Below, in pieces: positions 1 through 14,200 of a DNA stretch of 64,000 bases. The translations under genes and the position numbers were made by a program. Position 1 is the stretch's first letter, and each line of letters begins with the position of its first letter. Below the pieces are notes generated by a model. That model did not search any database. It saw only the letters and a program-made list of their open reading frames with translations, and was not told the DNA's origin. Source of the stretch: Nemertoderma westbladi (taxonomy: Eukaryota; Animalia; Xenacoelomorpha); contig JAUCBJ010004773.1 in the NCBI GenBank assembly GCA_032718475.1, forward strand, positions 8,932 to 72,931, in the 5' to 3' direction.

Positions 1-3000
1 TACTTCTACAATGTCCCACTACCTGATATTAACAATCTCTAATGCCTTTATTATTGCTGCTACCTACCACCTGTCAGCCTGTACTTCTACAATGTCCCAC
101 TACTTGAAATTAACAATCTCTAATGCCTTTATTATTGCTGCTACCTACCACCTGTCAGCCTGTACTTCTACAATGTCCCGCTACTCGATATTAGAAGTCT
201 CTAATGCCTTTATTATTGCTGCTTCCTACCACCTGTCAGTCTGTACTTCTACAATGTCCCGCTACTCGATATTAGAAGTCTCTAATGCCTTTATTATTGC
301 TGCTACCTACCACCTGTCAGCCTGTACTTCTACAATGTCCCGCTACTTGATATTAGAAGTCTCTAATGCCTTTATTATTGCTGCTTCCTACCACCTGTCA
401 GCCTGTACTTCTACTATGTCCCGCTACTCGATATTAGAAGTCTCTAATGCCTTTATTATTGCTGCTACCTACCACCTGTCAGCCTGTACTTCTACAATGT
501 CCCACTACTTGATATTAACAATCTCTAATGCCTTTATTATTGCTGCTACCTACCACCTGTCAGCCTGTACTTCTACAATGTCCCACTACTTGAAATTAAC
601 AATCTCTAATGCCTTTATTATTGCTGCTACCTACCACCTGTCAGCCTGTACTTCTACAATGTCCCGCTACTTGATATTAACATCTCTAATGCCTTTATTA
701 TTGCTGCTCCTACCACCTGCCAGCCTGTACTTCTACAATGTCCCGCTACTTGATATTAGAAGTCTCTAATGCCTTTATTATTGCTGCTACCTACCACCTG
801 TCAGCCTGTACTTCTACAATGTCCCGCTACTCGATATTAGAAGTCTCTAATGCCTTTATTATTGCTGCTACCTACCACCTCTCAGCCTGTACTTCTACAA
901 TGTCCCGCTACTCGATATTAGAAGTCTCTAATGCCTTTATTATTGCTGCTACCTACCACCTGTCAGCCTGTACTTCTACAATGTCCCGCTACTCGATATT
1001 AGAAGTCTCTAATGCCTTTATTATTGCTGCTACCTACCACCTGTCAGCCTGTACTTCTACAATGTCCCGCTACTCGATATTGGAAGTCTCTAATGCCTTT
1101 ATTATTGCTGCTACCTACCACCTGTCAGCCTGTACTTCTACAATGTCCCGCTACTTGATATTAGAAGTCTCTAATGCCTTTATTATTGCTGCTACCTACA
1201 ACCTGTCAGCCTGTACTTCTACAATGTCCCACTACTTGATATTAGCAATCTCTAATACCTTTATTATTGCTGCTACCTACCACCTGTCAGCCTGTACTTC
1301 TACAATGTCCCGCTACTCGATATTAGAAGTCTCTAATGCCTTTATTATTGCTGCTTCCTACCACCTGTCAGCCTGTACTTCTACAATGTCCCGCTACTTG
1401 ATATTAGAAGTCTCTAATGCCTTTATTATTGCTGCTACCTACCACCTGTCAGCCTGTACTTCTACAATGTCCCGCTACTTGATATTAGAAGTCTCTAATG
1501 CCTTTATTATTGCTGCTACCTACCACCTGTCAGCCTGTACTTCTACAATGTCCCGCTACTTGATATTAGAAGTCTCTAATGCCACCTCTCAGCCTGTACG
1601 TCTACAATGTCCCGCTACTCGATATTAGATGTCTCTAATGCCTTTATTATTGCTGCTACCTACCACTTGTCAGTATGTACTTCTACAATGTCCCGCTACT
1701 CGATATTAGAAGTCTCTAATGCCTTTATTATTGCTGCTTCCTACCACCTGTCAGCCTGTACTTCTACTATGTCCCGCTACTCGATATTAGAAGTCTCTAA
1801 TGCCTTTATTATTGCTGCTACTTACCACCTGTCAGCCTGTATTACTGCAATGTCCCGCTACTCGATATTAGAAGTCTCTAATGCCTTTATTATTGCTGCT
1901 ACCTAACACCTGCCAGCCTGTACTTCTACAATGTCTCGCTACTTGAAATTAGAAGTCTATAATGCCTTGATTATTGCTGCTACCTACCACCTATCAGCCT
2001 GTACTTCTACAATGTTCTGCTACTTTATATTAGAAGTCTCTAATGCCTTTATTATTGCTGCTACTTACCACCTGTCAGCCTGTACTTCTACAATGCCCCA
2101 CTACTTGATATTAAAAGTCTCTAATTCCTTTATTATTGCTGCTACCTACCACCTGTCAACCTGTACTTCTACAATGTTCCGCTACTTTATATTAGAAGTC
2201 TCTAATGCCTTTATTATTGCTGCTTCCTACCACCTGTCAGCCTATACTTCTACTATGTCCCGCTACTCGATATTAGAAGTCTCTAATTCCTTTATTATTG
2301 CTGCTACCTACCACCTGTCAGCCTGTACTTCTACAATGTCCCGCTACTCTGATATTAGAAGTCTCTAATGCCTTTATTATTGCTGCTACCTACCACCTGT
2401 CAGCCTGTACTTCTACAATGTCCCACTACTTGAAATTAACAATCTCTAATGCCTTTATTATTGCTGCTACCTACCACCTGTCAGCCTGTACTTCTACAAT
2501 GTCCCGCTACTCGATATTAGAAGTCTCTAATGCCTTTATTATTGCTGCTACCTACCACCTGTCAGCCTGTACTTCTACAATGTCCCGCTACTTGATATTA
2601 GAAGTCTCTAATGCCTTTATTATTGCTGCTACCTACCACCTGTCAGCCTGTACTTCTACAATGTCCCGCTACTCGATATTAGAAGTCTCTAATGCCTTTA
2701 TTATTGCTGCTTCCTACCACCTGTCAGCCTGTACTTCTACTATGTCCCGCTACTCGATATTAGAAGTCTCTAATGCCTTTATTATTGCTGCTACCTACCA
2801 CCTGTCAGCCTGTACTTCTACAATGTCCCGCTACTCGATATTGGAAGTCTCTAATGCCTTTATTATTGCTGCTACTTACCACCTGTCAGACTGTACTTCT
2901 ACAATGTCCCACTACCTGATATTAACAATCTCTAATGCCTTTATTATTACTGCTACCTACCACCTGTCAGCCTGTACTTCTACAATGTCCCACTACTTGA

Positions 3001-5700
3001 AATTAACAATATCTAATGCCTTTATTATTGCTGCTACCTACCACCTGTCAGCCTGTACTTCTACAATGTCCCGCTACTCGATATTAGAAGTCTCTAATGC
3101 CTTTATTATTGCTGCTACCTACCACCTGTCAGCCTGTACTTCTACAATGCCCCGCTACTTGATATTAGAAGTCTCTAATGCCTTTATTATTGCTGCTTCC
3201 TACCACCTGTCAGCCTGTACTTCTACAATGTCCCGCTACTCGATATTAGAAGTCTCTAATGCCTTTATTATTGCTGCTTCCTACCACCTGTCAGCCTGTA
3301 CTTCTACTATGTCCCGCTACTCGATATTAGAAGTCTCTAATGCCTTTATTATTGCTGCTACCTACCACCTGTCAGCCTGTACTTCTACAATGTCCCGCTA
3401 CTCGATATTAGAAGTCTCTAATGCCTTTATTATTGCTGCTACCTACCACCTGTCAGCCTGTACTTCTACAATGTCCCGCTACTTGATATTAGAAGTCTCT
3501 AATGCCTTTATTATTGCTGCTACCTACCACCTGTCAGCCTGTACTTCTACAATGTCCCGCTACTCGATATTAGAAGTCTCTAATGCCTTTATTATTGCTG
3601 CTTCCTACCACCTGTCAGCCTGTACTTCTACTATGTCCCGCTACTCGATATTAGAAGTCTCTAATGCCTTTATTATTGCTGCTACCTACCACCTGTCAGC
3701 CTGTACTTCTACAATGTCCCACTACTTGATATTAACAATCTCTAATGCCTTTATTATTGCTGCTACCTACCACCTGTCAGCCTGTACTTCTACAATGTCC
3801 CACTACTTGAAATTAACAATCTCTAATGCCTTTATTATTGCTGCTACCTACCACCTGTCAGCCTGTACTTCTACAATGTCCCGCTACTTGATATTAACAT
3901 CTCTAATGCCTTTATTAATGCTGCTCTACCACCTGCCAGCCTGTACTTCTACAATGTCCCGCTACTTGATATTAGAAGTCTCTAATGCCTTTATTATTGC
4001 TGCTACCTACCACTTGTCAGCCTGTACTTCTACAATGTCCCGCTACTCGATATTAGAAGTCTCTAATGCCTTTATTATTGCTGCTACCTACCACCTCTCA
4101 GCCTGTACTTCTACAATGTCCCGCTACTCGATATTAGAAGTCTCTAATGCCTTTATTATTGCTGCTACCTAACACCTGTCAGCCTGTACTTCTACAATGT
4201 CCCGCTACTCGATATTAGAAGTCTCTAATGCCTTTATTATTGCTGCTACCTACCACCTGTCAGCCTGTACTACTACAATGTCCCGCTACTCGATATTGGA
4301 AGTCTCTAATGCCTTTATTATTGCTGCTTCCTACCACCTGTCAGCCTGTACTTCTACTATGTCCCGCTACTCGATATTAGAAGTCTCTAATGCCTTTATT
4401 ATTGCTGCTTCCTACCACCTGTCAGCCTGTACTTCTACTATGTCCCGCTACTCGATATTAGAAGTCTCTAATGCCTTTATTATTGCTGCTTCCTACCACC
4501 TGTCAGCCTGTACTTCTACTATGTCCCGCTACTCGATATTAACAATCTCTAATGCCTTTATTATTGCTGCTACCTACCACCTGTCAGCCTGTATTTCTAC
4601 AATGTCCCGCTACTTGAAATTAGAAGTCTCTAATTCCTTTATTATTGCTGCTACCTACCACCTGTCAGCCTGTAATTCCACAATGTCCCGCTACTCGATG
4701 TTAGAAGTCTCTAATGCCTTGATTATTGCTGCTACATAACACCTGTCAGCCTGTACTTCTACAATGTCCCACTGCTTGATATTAGAAGTCTCTAATGCCT
4801 TTATTATTGCTGCTTCCTACCACCTGTCAGCCTGTACTTCTACAATGTCCCGCTACTCGATATTAGAAGTCTCTAATGCCTTTATTATTGCTGCTACCTA
4901 ACACCTGTCAGCCTGTACTACTACAATGTCCCGCTACTCGATATTAGAAGTCTCTAATGCCTTTATTATTGCTGCTACCTAACACCTGTCAGCCTGTACT
5001 ACTACAATGTCCCGCTACTCGATATTGGAAGTCTCTAATGCCTTTATTATTGCTGCTTCCTACCACCTGTCAGCCTGTACTTCTACTATGTCCCGCTACT
5101 CGATATTAGAAGTCTCTAATGCCTTTATTATTGCTGCTTCCTACCACCTGTCAGCCTGTACTTCTACTATGTCCCGCTACTCGATATTAGAAGTCTCTAA
5201 TGCCTTTATTATTGCTGCTTCCTACCACCTGTCAGCCTGTACTTCTACTATGTCCCGCTACTCGATATTAACAATCTCTAATGCCTTTATTATTGCTGCT
5301 ACCTACCACCTGTCAGCCTGTATTTCTACAATGTCCCGCTACTTGAAATTAGAAGTCTCTAATTCCTTTATTATTGCTGCTACCTACCACCTGTCAGCCT
5401 GTAATTCCACAATGTCCCGCTACTCGATGTTAGAAGTCTCTAATGCCTTGATTATTGCTGCTACATAACACCTGTCAGCCTGTACTTCTACAATGTCCCA
5501 CTGCTTGATATTAGAAGTCTCTAATGCCTTTATTATTGCTGCTTCCTACCACCTGTCAGCCTGTACTTCTACTATGTCCCGCTACTCGATATTAACAATC
5601 TCTAATGCCTTTATTATTGCTGCTACCTACCACCCTGTCAGCCTGTACTTCTACAATGGCGCGCTACTTGATATTAACATTATCTAATGCCTCTATTATT
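1..5700. repeat. Tandem satellite, 81-bp unit, about 70 copies, runs off the window start
   Basis: Unit tacttctacaatgtcccgctactcgatattagaagtctctaatgcctttattattgctgctacctaccacctgtcagcctg; the 27-aa periodic ORFs are a by-product of the 81-bp period. Confidence 0.97.
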
Positions 5701-6384
5701 TCCATTAGAACCTCCTAATTCAAGCGCTTTCTGATTGGTAGTATATTCAAATATTTTAATCATCCAATCAGAAACTCGACTGCTTGAAATTAGGATGCTC
5801 TAACGCCCCCTCTTGACTACAATCAGTCATTTGGAAGGCGGGAGATTTGAATCACTTAGGACCTTTGTTTGTTACTTCTGTACTTGTAACTGTAAGACAC
5901 GTGGCAGATTGTGGATTTCCTTACGTTACCGGAAACCGGCAAACCAGTACTGCAGTACTTCTTTCCTTGCCAGCTTGCAATATTGCCAGACTGAATATAA
6001 TACAGTACTGCAGTAGGCTACTGTAGGCTAATTGTGGTATGGTGTCGTACCAACAGACTAACCCAATATCAGAATAGCACCTGCCTGCCTTCATGCACCA
6101 CGCACTATTCCAGCTATTCACTATTGCATTGCATCACTGACTGACTTCCCACCCCACCCCATCCACCATCCCTCTCAAATGCCAGTCTGACTCTGTTCGC
6201 TATCAAAAGCATTTGTCAATATACTAATTGTTGATGTTGTTGATAATCTGGTACCGGTAGTAGGCCTACTACTGTACTATTCAGTTAGGCCTGTGATATA
6301 AAGTAATTCAGTTTAACTTTGTTAGGTCAGTAGGCCAATTTTCAAATATTATGCTACTGGGAAACTCGAATTGTTGATTGGTCG

Positions 6385-6646
6385 ATGCTCAGTGTTGGGA
6401 TGGAGTCATTGAAATTGGTTGTATGTGGAATTATAGTTCACATTATATTGTTTATCTCCATATTCGACATATATTTTACCTCGCCGTTGGTCCATGGCAT
6501 GCCGGATTATCGTAACGATTTACCAGCCCCAGCGAAGAGAGTCGTTCTCATATCCATTGACGGAATGCGAGCTGATAAGTTCTTTGAGTTGGATACAGAC
6601 GGGGTTTCCAAGGTTCCTTTCTTACGGAATATTCTAGAAACTAAAG
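6385..6646 (+). CDS. PIGN: PIGN/MCD4 GPI ethanolamine phosphate transferase 1, coding exon 1
   Basis: SIFDIYFTSPLVHGM...PAPAKRVVLISIDGMRADKFF matches the PIGN N-terminus; donor AAAG|GTCGGT at 6647, phase 1 compatible with exon 2. Confidence 0.93.
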
Positions 6647-7197
6647 GTCGGTCTTTATTGCAATTATGGCTTTATAGCTATGCCGCTTTGTCACATGAAA
6701 TATCTTAATCCGCGTCTCTTGATCTTTACCGGCCATTTTAGACAATTTTTTGATAGATCTCAGAGCTACGGTACAGTAGTTTTCAACTATTCTAGAAAAT
6801 GGAGAACATTATCCTTAATCCTTATCCCTAAAATCATTACTACTGTAAGTTAGGGAAAATCGTAGAATGCATTGGTGTGTTATTCTAACCAAAACCATTT
6901 TATTTGAATCTAAAGTTAAGGAAACATATTTTTTATTTATAGATATAATTAACTGATGTAGAGTAGAGTATATTAGGTATATGGGGGTACAATATATTCT
7001 CTCTTAACCTAATTTCCTACGAATCTTAATGCGGACTTCGTTATTTTATTTCCGCCTTCACTCTTTTGCTACTCGAGTTTGAAAAACATGTATCAAGTGT
7101 CACTATTGCACCAGTTGCACTGCCGTTATTTTTGTCCTATTCATATTTTTATTTATTTGTATTAACCTTTTCCATTGGTACTTCCTCCGTGTTGTAG

Positions 7198-7435
7198 GTA
7201 GTTGGGGGGTTTGCCACACTCAGCTACCCACAGAGAGCCGCCCTGGCCACGTGGCGCTGGCGGCGGGAATCTACGAAGATGTGTCAGCGGTGGCGCGAGG
7301 CTGGAAGGAGAATCCCGTGGAGTTCGATTCCGTGTTCAATCGGAGTCGTCAAACCTTCGCCTGGGGAAGTCCCGACATACTCCCGATGTTTGCAAGAGGC
7401 GCAACAGGGAGCCACATTGTTACTCACAGTTACAG
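7198..7435 (+). CDS. PIGN: PIGN exon 2
   Basis: Acceptor gttgtag|; reads [48 protein letters not shown]...[11 protein letters not shown]; donor TACAG|GTTAGA. Confidence 0.95.
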
Positions 7436-8157
7436 GTTAGAGACGAACACCACTGGGCATTGTTACACACAGTTACAGGTTAGAGACGGATACCACTGGG
7501 CATTGTTACACACAGTTTCAGGTTAGAGACGGACACCACTGGGAGCCACATTGTTACACACAGTTACAGATTAGAGACGCCACCGGGAGCCACACTGTTA
7601 CACACAGTTACAGATTAGAGACGCCACCGGGAGCCACACTGTTACACACAGTTACAGATTAGAGACGCCACAGGGAGCCACACTGTTACTCACAGTTACA
7701 GATTAGAGACGCCACAGGGAGCCACACTGTTACTCACAGTTACAGATTAAAGACGCCTCAGGGAGCCACATTGTTACACACAGTTACAGATTAGAGACGC
7801 CACAGGGAGCCACACTGTTACTCACAGTTACAGATTAAAGACGCCTCAGGGAGCCACATTGTTACACACAGTTACAGATTAGAGACGCCACCGGGAGCCA
7901 CACTGTTACACACAGTTACAGATTAGAGACGCCACAGGGAGCCACACTGTTACTCACAGTTACAGATTAAAGACGCCACAGGGAGCCACATTGTTACACA
8001 CAGTTACAGATTAGAGACGCCACAGGGAGCCACACTGTTACTCACAGTTACAGGTTAGAGACGCCACAGGGAGCCACATTGTTACTCACAGTTACAGGTT
8101 AGAGACGCCACAGGGAGCCACACTGTTACTCATAGTTACAGGTTAGAGACGCCACTG
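7405..8157. repeat. 44-bp minisatellite (about 17 units) built from the PIGN exon 2/intron 2 junction
   Basis: Unit gggagccacaYtgttacWcacagttacagRttagagacgccaca; first unit lies inside the coding exon. Confidence 0.9.
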
Positions 8158-8208
8158 GGTGGCTGTTAATTATGTGATTTAAAAATGTAATGTCTACGCT
8201 TTATCTGG

Positions 8209-8559
8209 CCCATGTGAAGAATACCAGACTTTCTGCCGTTATATTTCACTTTGCAGTTACCCCCATATGAAGAATACCAGACTTTCTGCCGTTATATTTC
8301 ACTTTGCAGTTACCCCCATGTGAAGAATACCAGGTTTTCACCAAAAGCACAGGTTACAGAAGGGATGAATCTAACCAAAACAATAAACGAATTATTATAT
8401 GTACAGGTTATAAAACAGAAATAAGTGCTATAATTAATAAAGTAAAGTATTAAATAACACTTAATAAAGATAAATGAAAAAAAATAAAAAATCTTCATAT
8501 ATAAAATTCCAATAAAAAGTCGACCGAAAAGTGAAATCCTGGTATTCTTCACATGGGCG
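8209..8559. mobile_element. Small MITE-like element with TIRs and an internal ~60-bp tandem duplication of the left end
   Basis: gcccatgtgaagaatacca ... tggtattcttcacatgggc inverted termini; left-end motif repeated at about 8260 and 8315. Confidence 0.6.
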
Positions 8560-8870
8560 ACTCACCCGGATGTGGTTCAAATATAGTCCTCGGGAAACCG
8601 ATCGTGACTCACAACTACCGCCCATGAACCCAAGGTGGTCCCAAGAAACTGAAACTGTACCGGAAGTGCGAGACAAGGAGAGGAGGAAAGGCAATTGAAA
8701 AAATTACATTTTTCGTAGCCGTGATGTATAATTTCATTAGCAAGCTTTAGCGAGCGACGTCAGTTATACATCAGCCGGGAAGAAATCCGCTGTTTTATCC
8801 ACGTAATATACAAATATTTATTAACTAAAATTTAGAGTAAAGAATATTTTTAATAACGTAATTTATGAAT

Positions 8871-9911
8871 CTACGAAGAGTAAACATATTTTTCTTTCCT
8901 TCGGTAATCTCGCCACTTCTTCAAGTATTTCGTTAAAACCTTCAACCTTTCCTTGGGATGACATCGTTTTGGTTTATCGTCATTAAGATATATTTTATAC
9001 ATCATTTTACCAAAAGCAGAATTAATACAATGTATATTTTCTGGGGTGATTTTCTCATGACGATTGTTCCATTCCCTCAACCAAATATGCGTTGTATATT
9101 TTCCGATTGTCCAGTCGTAGTTGGCGTAGTATTGTATGCCGCTCTGCATCCATTTAGGGTAGACTAAATCGGTGGCTATGTGAACCAAGTGGGGAAACAT
9201 TTGGGAAAGTTCGGCTTGGAAGCCACAACAGGTGCAACTCCAACAATCTGGTTTATAGTTAATATAACCTTGGTAGAATAGATTCAAAAATAGAGAGGAA
9301 CTCCGAGCTAAAATAACTCCATTCATTAAGGAGTTCGGTTCGTGTTCATTAACTGTGTAGTCATAGTAACGTAGATTGTCCAATGGGCGTAGAGCGAATA
9401 CGTCACCGTCTAAATATATCCCCCCGTATTCCATTAATATCTGTAATCGCAACACGTCAGCTTGATGCGGGGCCGTATATTGGGTTGAAATGGAAATGTT
9501 GAAAATGTAATCCGGAGGGGTTATCTCCTTGACAACCAGTAATGGTATAGCAAGTCTCGCCCGGTCGAACCATGGTTCCGTGTTTCCATGACTACCGTTG
9601 AAACCGAGTCCCATATTAGTGTGGAAATAAATGGCGTCTGGTTTCATATTTTTGTATATTGATAGCAGACAAATGTAGTGAATAAATTCGAATTCTGGTT
9701 CATGTAGCCAAATTTGGTGAACAATATTTGGGACAACTTTATAGTTATTTGGTTTTGCTTCTATTTGGGTATCAATTTTGGGGGATTTATTGTCGTTTGA
9801 TTTGCAATTCGATGTTGGATCATTACTAGTCGAATACAATAAAACGCAAAAAATAAAAAGCGAATTAATAGTAATTAAAAATGCAAATGTGTATTTGCTA
9901 ACAATCCTCAT
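8871..9911 (-). CDS. Type II membrane DXD glycosyltransferase (GT32 / alpha-1,4-glycosyltransferase-like), intronless, nested antisense in PIGN intron 2
   Basis: N-terminal TM segment; VPNIVHQIW and ADVLRLQILMEYGGIYLDGDV motifs; 346-aa intact ORF. Confidence 0.88.
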   Translation of the reverse strand: MRIVSKYTFAFLITINSLFIFCVLLYSTSNDPTSNCKSNDNKSPKIDTQIEAKPNNYKVVPNIVHQIWLHEPEFEFIHYICLLSIYKNMKPDAIYFHTNMGLGFNGSHGNTEPWFDRARLAIPLLVVKEITPPDYIFNISISTQYTAPHQADVLRLQILMEYGGIYLDGDVFALRPLDNLRYYDYTVNEHEPNSLMNGVILARSSSLFLNLFYQGYINYKPDCWSCTCCGFQAELSQMFPHLVHIATDLVYPKWMQSGIQYYANYDWTIGKYTTHIWLREWNNRHEKITPENIHCINSAFGKMMYKIYLNDDKPKRCHPKERLKVLTKYLKKWRDYRRKEKYVYSS

Positions 9912-11296
9912 GATAGAATGAAAGTAATTTGTTTCTACTGTAAAACATTTAGACTCAGTAAAGAAAAATATATAATCTACGTTTCTTATGAAATGTTGTG
10001 TTTTATTAATAAAAGGTTAATTATGAACTTTATTGACCTTTCATCTTTCCGACATAGCTTATATCAGTTATTTGTTCATGTTATTTATTGGGTTTATAGT
10101 CCAACAATATATCGCTAGTGTGTAACACAATGTAAGAGGCGAGGCTGACACAATAGAAATATTTACAGCAAATCGTATAACCAAACAAAGTGTAGGATTA
10201 TACTAGACATTTTAATAGAGACGTGAAATGTGATATTATACTATACAGTAGGTACAATAAGTGACAAACGGCGCGTTTTAATCGGATTTGTGGAACAATA
10301 ATAACTCATACTATATGACACACCTGAACCGTTATGAAAGCGAAACACAAAGGTGTGTAGTTGAATAAATTATATTACTTTAATTACTTTATTACCTGTG
10401 TAGATAATAACCAATGTACAACACGAAATACATCCACTCGTTTTGTAACATTAATATATATTTGACAGACTACATATTCTGTGGCACTGTGGGGTGAGCC
10501 ACTTTGTTGGCGGAGCCTTAGCGAACTGACACTGATAGGAGGGGGTCGGTCAATAATGGCAAATATTTGTCGTTGTCATTGTCGTCGTATGCGTTACCAT
10601 TTTGACATGCTAATAACTTTGTCGGATTTAAAGCTATCGAGTTGAAAATTAAGACCAAAAATGTTCAGACACCATCAGTTAATCAGTGTATAGGGTTACA
10701 TATCTAAACATTAAAATGTCCTCCCATTTCTTTACTTTTGATTCGTTCAAGTAGAAACTTGGCAGATTTGTACTATACCATTAGCTGTGTCATCCAAAGG
10801 AGGCAAATTCGTCTGAGGTTCTCTAGTCTGCCGATAGAGGGCTAAATGTGTCAAAGTGAAATCCTTGACCCATTCCGTTATTTATGATCCGTTCAAACTG
10901 AAACTTCTCAGATATTGTGGGGTCCATAATCTGTATGCAGTACATTAGTCCGCCGCTAGAGGGCGAAATATTTGAAAATGATAACCTTCCTAATTTCTTT
11001 AAGCTGAATCTTGGAATAAATGTACCACCCAAAAGTATGGTCTTTTTGAGGAAGGTGATTCATCTGAAGTTATCCAGTCTACCGGCAGAATGCGAAATGT
11101 ATGAAAGTGAAAACCTTCTCCCATTCCCGTGATTTTAAATCGTTTAGGCCGAATTTTGGCATATATGTACTGTACTGTACTACTGTACTATTACTGTAAT
11201 ACTATTTACTATAATAATAGACTTTTGTTAAGGTTAATAATATTAGCAGTACAGAAGTGTATACACATAACTGAATAAATACACATTTATGAAGAA

Positions 11297-14200
11297 TTAC
11301 AAATATAAATGGTCACAATTTGTTTCGCTTGCGATAGGCTCATTATATCCATGGTCAGATAGATGAGAGCAACGCGATGTATTAGTGGTTGGCTGTTTAT
11401 TCTCTAAGCATCGTTTAATCAACCATTGCTCGCGCATGTCTGGCTTTAATAAACGGGTGGATTTAATTGCTCTTCGCTTCTTTGTTGAAAACAGACGCCG
11501 CTGCAAAACTGATTTCTTATTTACAGGAGATTTACTGAGAGGAATTACGGGTAGTTTTGGCTTTGATCTTAGAGCCGTCACAAATGGCAGCAAGGATTTG
11601 GCTTTCTCCTCAACAGAAAGGAGTGTTTCCTGGTCATTAATGGTTTCTAACTTCCCCATAACTTCATAGAAAACTTTCCCAATTCGTTCTTTTATTTCAG
11701 ATTGTGTAGATTTTCTAGATGCCGTTTCAGATAAAATTGAAAGAAATTGAAAGTCCTCAGCAAGTCTCTGATCGGATGAGCATAAGCTCAAAGGATGGTA
11801 TGCTTGAGCATGTGGACGACTTCTGTTACCTGGGATCATGGATCCGGAAGTCAGGTGAGGACCTTCGAATACGTAAGGGAAAGGCATGGGCAGCCTTGAA
11901 TAGGCTTTCCAGGATTTGGAAGTCACCGAGAATTAATCGGAAACTTAAGGTCCGATTATTTAGAGCAGCAGTAGTTCCAGTACTCCTCTATGGGAGTCCA
12001 TGCTGGGCTCTAACTGCTGAGGACACCAAATCTCTGGATGGCACATTCACAAGAATGCTACGCCGGGTTCATTGTGTCAAGTACAATGCACACATCTCCA
12101 ACCAGACACTATATAACATTGGAGGTGTCTCATTGGTTCCCCCAAGCTTGACACTAGAACAAAATCGCCTCCGCTTTGCAGGACATTGCTTTCGCCGTGA
12201 GGACCAGCCAGTGCATAATCTTGTACTTTGGCAGCCTCATGGAGTGAATAAGCATGGTGGACAGCCCATGACTTTCTTGAGACGCATCTTAAAGGACACT
12301 GGCCTTAAAGATGCGGATGATCTAGCAAATGTCATGGGTGATAGGGAGTTGTGGCGGTGCAATTTTGTTGACAAGCCGGCACAGCATTCTTAAAAATGCA
12401 GCTGCAACGCAGCATGCCGATCCTAGTAGTAGTAGTTCAGATAAAATTATGATTTCACTGGTTTCACTGATTGGAGCTTCAACAACTTCTGTCGATTGGC
12501 ATTCAATCTCTTCAATTGGGAAAGTTAAGGAAACGGACGGTTCTTCTGGTCTTGGAACGTCTATTCTGGAATGGTCTTCATTGCCAATAGTATCAAAAGG
12601 TCCCCGATTAGTGCGGGCTACTAAATGGATATGCTTACATATTGTAAGCCTCAAGGAGTTATCGGGACAACTGCAGTCGTAAGTATGACAGCATATTTCA
12701 CAGTATTTACATAGAAATGGACAAGATATATAACTGTGAACTGCATTATTGTGCGTCACAGTATATACTTCACCACTATTGGAAAGACTTTTGACATCCC
12801 AAGTATGTGCACCAGTGAACGAAACATCATAAACTCATAAACACAATATCCAGGAGGTAACCAATAGTATCTTTTACAACATTAAGAAAAACCTTCATAG
12901 CGCTCGTATCAACTTTATTACTATAGCAAAATGATGCCGGAAATCCCTCTCCATGGTCGTCAATCACGAGGAGTGTTGTCAACTGAAAGTCGTACTGGTT
13001 CAGACCGTGGGTTGAGTCCATCGCAATTTCAGATCCGGCAATTCCATATTTTTTTAACATGTAAAGTTGGAGGTCGGAGATAATAATTAACATAAAATCG
13101 TTTGAATCTAGTAATTCGCTCCCATTGTCACCTTGAAACTTTGCGAATCGGACAACATTCTCACCACTGGCTTTATTTATTTCAATCCACGCAGCTACAC
13201 TCTCTGCGTCATTCTTGTGATACAAGTAGGCACTGTTTAATCCGAAATCACGAGCAATATTTGTAATGTCTTGTTTGGTTATTAAGTGCAAACGTGAAAC
13301 GTTAGAATTATCAAGTTCCAAGCGTACTGAGTCCAGAACATCATCCATTGAAATACCGGCTGCAAGTTTACCTGCAACTTCAACTCTTTCTTGCATCGTT
13401 AACTTCAAGTGGCACAATTCAGAATCATGACCTACATGGTTCGGCTGGTAGGTAACATCAACAACTCCTAAAACAAATACAGTACAATTATTAAAGTCAG
13501 TTAGTGTAAGAAAAAAACAGTTTTTGTAAATAAGGACCTAGCATTTGACAGACCTCACGCACCCCACTTGCTCACCCCACGCACATAATACAATTACGTT
13601 GTGTTGGATATTGAGTTCCGTTTTGGAGTACTTCTTGCAGACACTAAAGTTGCAATAACTTTTGAGTACCGGTATGTGCATGGATTTTGCTCAAATTATG
13701 TGCAAACCTTTTCTACTTCGATGCACTTTCGAAAAGTGATACTTTTTTTCCTAGGGAAAAAATGGTCCTTTTTCTCCCGATTTTGGGGGATATTCTGATC
13801 AAAAAGTAACAATTTAAGAATATAAAATAGTTTTAAAAAAATAAATAATAACGCACCTGAATTATGAAAGCGTGCAGTAATTGCCCCGGGACAAAAACTA
13901 TTAATTTTACATGATCCTTGAACATTCGATTCTTTCTTAGTATTTTGGGGTTTGTAGTTTCCACTTCTAAAGCAGGTAAAGTATCTCACAACAGTTTCCT
14001 CGCTAACTATCTTTCTTGGCCCGGTATTGGAATTGTACCTCTGTTGGGTAGACGATTCTTCCTCTTGTTTCCAAATGTAAAACTCCGATTTTGACTGAAA
14101 ACTTAATTTCTGCTCTTCAAGCAACCTGCTTTCATGTTCATCGGCAAAATGCTGTATAAGATCATTTCTTCGTTTGCAGTGAAAGTTGCAACTCCCTTTC

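Noticed and set aside
11-5687. Long 27-aa-repeat ORFs as a real repetitive protein
   Set aside because: They follow from an 81-bp unit lacking stops in one frame; the array has frameshifts and stops and no unique N- or C-terminal domain.
10489-13580. gtggggtgagc / gctcaccccac inverted pair as MULE TIRs
   Set aside because: Only 11 bp, and the second copy lies inside the MULE intron, so the pair cannot bound the element; probably ends of unrelated small repeats.
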